A stretch of DNA of 63,984 nt, counting the filler, from Thelocarpon superellum (lineage: Eukaryota): NCBI GenBank assembly GCA_026025795.1. It is 3 parts of 3 records of this genome, joined end to end, with 100 filler letters (N's around TTAATTAATTAA, not from the genome) between each part and the next. Parts side by side here need not be neighbours in the genome. Positions count along the whole stretch, not along the records: positions 43,164 to 63,984 come from JAPEUG010000317.1; 2 more parts are not named here. The stretch is one strand, 5' to 3'. Both the position numbers and the translations under genes were made by a program. Each line of letters begins with the position of its first letter. Position 1 is the first letter of the stretch. Positions 61,763 through 63,984 of the stretch are shown here, piece by piece. Under the pieces are notes generated by a model. The model saw only the letters and a list, made by a program, of their open reading frames with translations, was not told the DNA's origin and did not search any database.

Positions 61763-62139
61763 GGCGTAGTGACGTCGGCCGTCGCCACTGTTGAGCGGAG
61801 GAGGAGAGGTGCCGCGGTCCTCCACCTGCTCCGACGACGACGTGGCCCTAACACCGCCGCACACCGTCCACTGACCGTGGAGAGGAGTCCATGAAAGGGG
61901 CCATTGATTCAATCACGCAAGCATCATTGAGATCATGGACGCTGACGCACACCGCTGTTCAAGCGTCGAGGGGGACTGTGGGCAATGGGGGGTCGAATTG
62001 GGTCTGCTTAGTAAGAACCCCGGGGAGAAGGTCCGCGGTCCGCGCGTCACGAACCGTCGGTCAGGTCGAGGTCAGAACTCTGTCGACGACCCGCGGGAGC
62101 GACTCGATTATCTTGATCACCCTCATCGACAGCCTCAAC

Positions 62140-62814
62140 ATGTCACAGCTGCAGAAGAATGTGCCGCCCCCTCCACCACCATCATGGGTGCTTGACTTGA
62201 ACAGCCCGCCACGACTACGACCCAAGTCCGGCAACATCCCGGATCCCCCCGGCTTCTCTGCGTCTGGCTCAACTTCGAACAAGGTGCGTGGTACTGCGGC
62301 ACGGCGAAGGAGATTCTAATCAAAGTCCTAGCGCTCGGCCGTCACCAAGCAGCCGGCGCGCGAGCCTCCCACCACCGAGGAAACGGACACGCTGAAGCTC
62401 AAGAAGTCGTGGGAGCTCGCGCTCGCCCCGGCCAAACAGCTACCGATGAACGCCATCATGATGTACATGTCGGGCAATTCCCTGCAGATATTTAGCATCA
62501 TGATGGTGTTCATGCTCTTCATGAATCCCGTCAAGGGCTTGGTGGGTATCAACCAGGCCTTTGCGAGGTTTGAGACCGAGGGAACTCGCACGCGGCTGTG
62601 GGCCGTCAAAGGAGTCTACGTGCTGATGCAATTCGTCGCGCTGGCGTTGGGCATCTGGAAGGTGAATGGGATGGGACTCTTGCCGTACGTGAACCGAATG
62701 AGCTGTCCGGCTGGCGCACCGGCTGACGTTGCACCATCTAGCACCACCCGATCCGACTGGTTGGCGTGGGAGACGGCGCGGGAGCCATTGGAACGGGCGA
62801 TTCCTGCATTTTAA
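62140..62814 (+). CDS. EMC4: ER membrane protein complex subunit 4, 3 exons
   Basis: LKLKKSWELALAPAKQLPMNAIMMYMSGNSLQIFSIMMV, WKVNGMGLLP and TTRSDWLAWE. Confidence 0.92.
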
Positions 62815-62961
62815 GCCGAGCCGGGTGTACGAGATGGCAGGGCAAGGCGTTGGGAAGAGGCGAGGAAGGAAGACAGACTACAGTCATGGATCGTGACGGA
62901 TCAAATGTACATCATGCCACCGCAACCGGCCACACATCGTCCCCGGCACGGAGCCATCGCG

Positions 62962-63984
62962 TCAATTATGACCACCCCAGCCCACCCAACCCCGCGCCAT
63001 GACTCGCCAGATCTTGACTTCGCCGCTGCGTAGGTCCCCCAACTTGAAACTCTCCACCTTGACCTTTTTGCTCTCCCGTCCCTGCTCCCACGCCCGCACC
63101 TTCTTCTTGGTGCCATCCCAGTCCACCACGACGCCGACGTGGTCCGGCTTGCCCACCTCCATGGTATACTTTTGATGCATCGGACCGCGGTGCCCCTGAA
63201 ACTTGCCGTTGCGTAGCGTGATGATGTCGCCCGCCCGGATCTCGTCGTGCTGCTGCACCGTGGCATTGGCGAGGTTGGAGTAGACCAGCGCGCCATACGC
63301 CCGACCCCCGACGGGCATCAGCGCGTCCGAGGAGGGCCGGAGCAGCTCGAGGATGAGCGCGTGCGGGCTGCCGTCGCCCACCGTGGCATTCTGCCTGGCG
63401 GCCGCTCCCTCGGCGATCTGCTGTCCGAAGCGGGCATGGGCCTCTTCGAGCTGGTCTTGCCGGAGTCGTGGCGGGGGAGCTTCATGGCGCTGCTCCAACA
63501 CCACCTCTGTGGGATTATGGCCGTCGAACAACGCCGTCACGACGGTCTGCGAATAATCCACAAAGAGCACATACACCTCCTTGGAGACCATCGTCTTGCC
63601 GCCGCGCTTAGATGTGCTAGACTCCTCGACCTCGAAGAGCACGTCACGACGATTCTGGAAGACGGGCGGCGGCATCTTGGCTTGCGTCCACCATTGCGTG
63701 TTGGCGCCCAAGTCCACGTCTGACGCGATGTACCCATAATCGGTCGAGGCGCGACCCTGGTCCATCGATCGCTTCGACGTCATGGGAGACCGTGGCGCAT
63801 CGGTCGACGGACGTGGCGGGGCGTGATGCGGCGGTTGCGGCGCCAGAGACGACGCATTCCCCAACGTGGGCGAGACGGGTGGCTCGGGCGGCGGCGGCAT
63901 CTGCTTGGGGACTTGGGGGAGCTGAGGGATCTGAGGAGCCTGAGGAGCCTGAGGAGCCTGAGGAGCCTGAGGAGCCTGAGGAGC
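62962..63984 (-). CDS. 3' part of a proline-rich Bbc1/Aim3-like protein (partial; begins beyond the window)
   Basis: Pro-rich region followed by YVLFVDYSQT, VGDGSP, YGALVYSNLANA, EIRAGDII, KPDHVGVVVDWDGTKKKVRAWEQ and DLRSGEVKIWRV. Confidence 0.75.
   Translation of the reverse strand, partial: APQAPQAPQAPQAPQAPQIPQLPQVPKQMPPPPEPPVSPTLGNASSLAPQPPHHAPPRPSTDAPRSPMTSKRSMDQGRASTDYGYIASDVDLGANTQWWTQAKMPPPVFQNRRDVLFEVEESSTSKRGGKTMVSKEVYVLFVDYSQTVVTALFDGHNPTEVVLEQRHEAPPPRLRQDQLEEAHARFGQQIAEGAAARQNATVGDGSPHALILELLRPSSDALMPVGGRAYGALVYSNLANATVQQHDEIRAGDIITLRNGKFQGHRGPMHQKYTMEVGKPDHVGVVVDWDGTKKKVRAWEQGRESKKVKVESFKLGDLRSGEVKIWRVMARGWVGWGGHN
63931..63984. repeat. 9-bp tandem repeat (CTGAGGAGC)n encoding APQ repeats on the minus strand
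   Basis: Directly visible; in frame with the Bbc1-like ORF and running off the window end. Confidence 0.9.

Overview
GC-rich, intron-containing genomic DNA from a filamentous ascomycete (Pezizomycotina), in three pieces joined by 100-bp artificial spacers (N44-TTAATTAATTAA-N44 at 21509-21608 and 43064-43163). Most of it is housekeeping genes: eIF3m, Cdc6/Cdc18, a WW plus PhoD-like protein, a Chk2/Cds1-type FHA kinase, Pex22-like, eIF2B-gamma, Spt20, an AcpS-type PPTase (cut by a gap), an R3H-associated protein, His2, a multi-pass membrane protein, aspartate aminotransferase, Ufe1, an MFS transporter, AP-2 beta, EMC4 and the 3' end of a Bbc1-like gene. Two parts stand out. (1) At 32068-33159 is an intronless two-finger C2H2 factor resembling Aspergillus BrlA in both the zinc fingers and an N-terminal motif. 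It has a ~4.3 kb gene-free upstream region with about 10 AbaA-type CATTCY sites, and it lies between eIF2B-gamma and spt20. BrlA is usually described as Eurotiales-restricted, so this may be a diverged BrlA/AbaA-like developmental module. (2) A lower-GC accessory stretch (~12.2-21.5 kb) holds two decayed PTH11-like receptor genes, solo-LTR-like relics and an intronless secreted protein that resembles bacterial right-handed beta-helix enzymes. All homology calls are by eye with no database searches, and exon boundaries were inferred manually.
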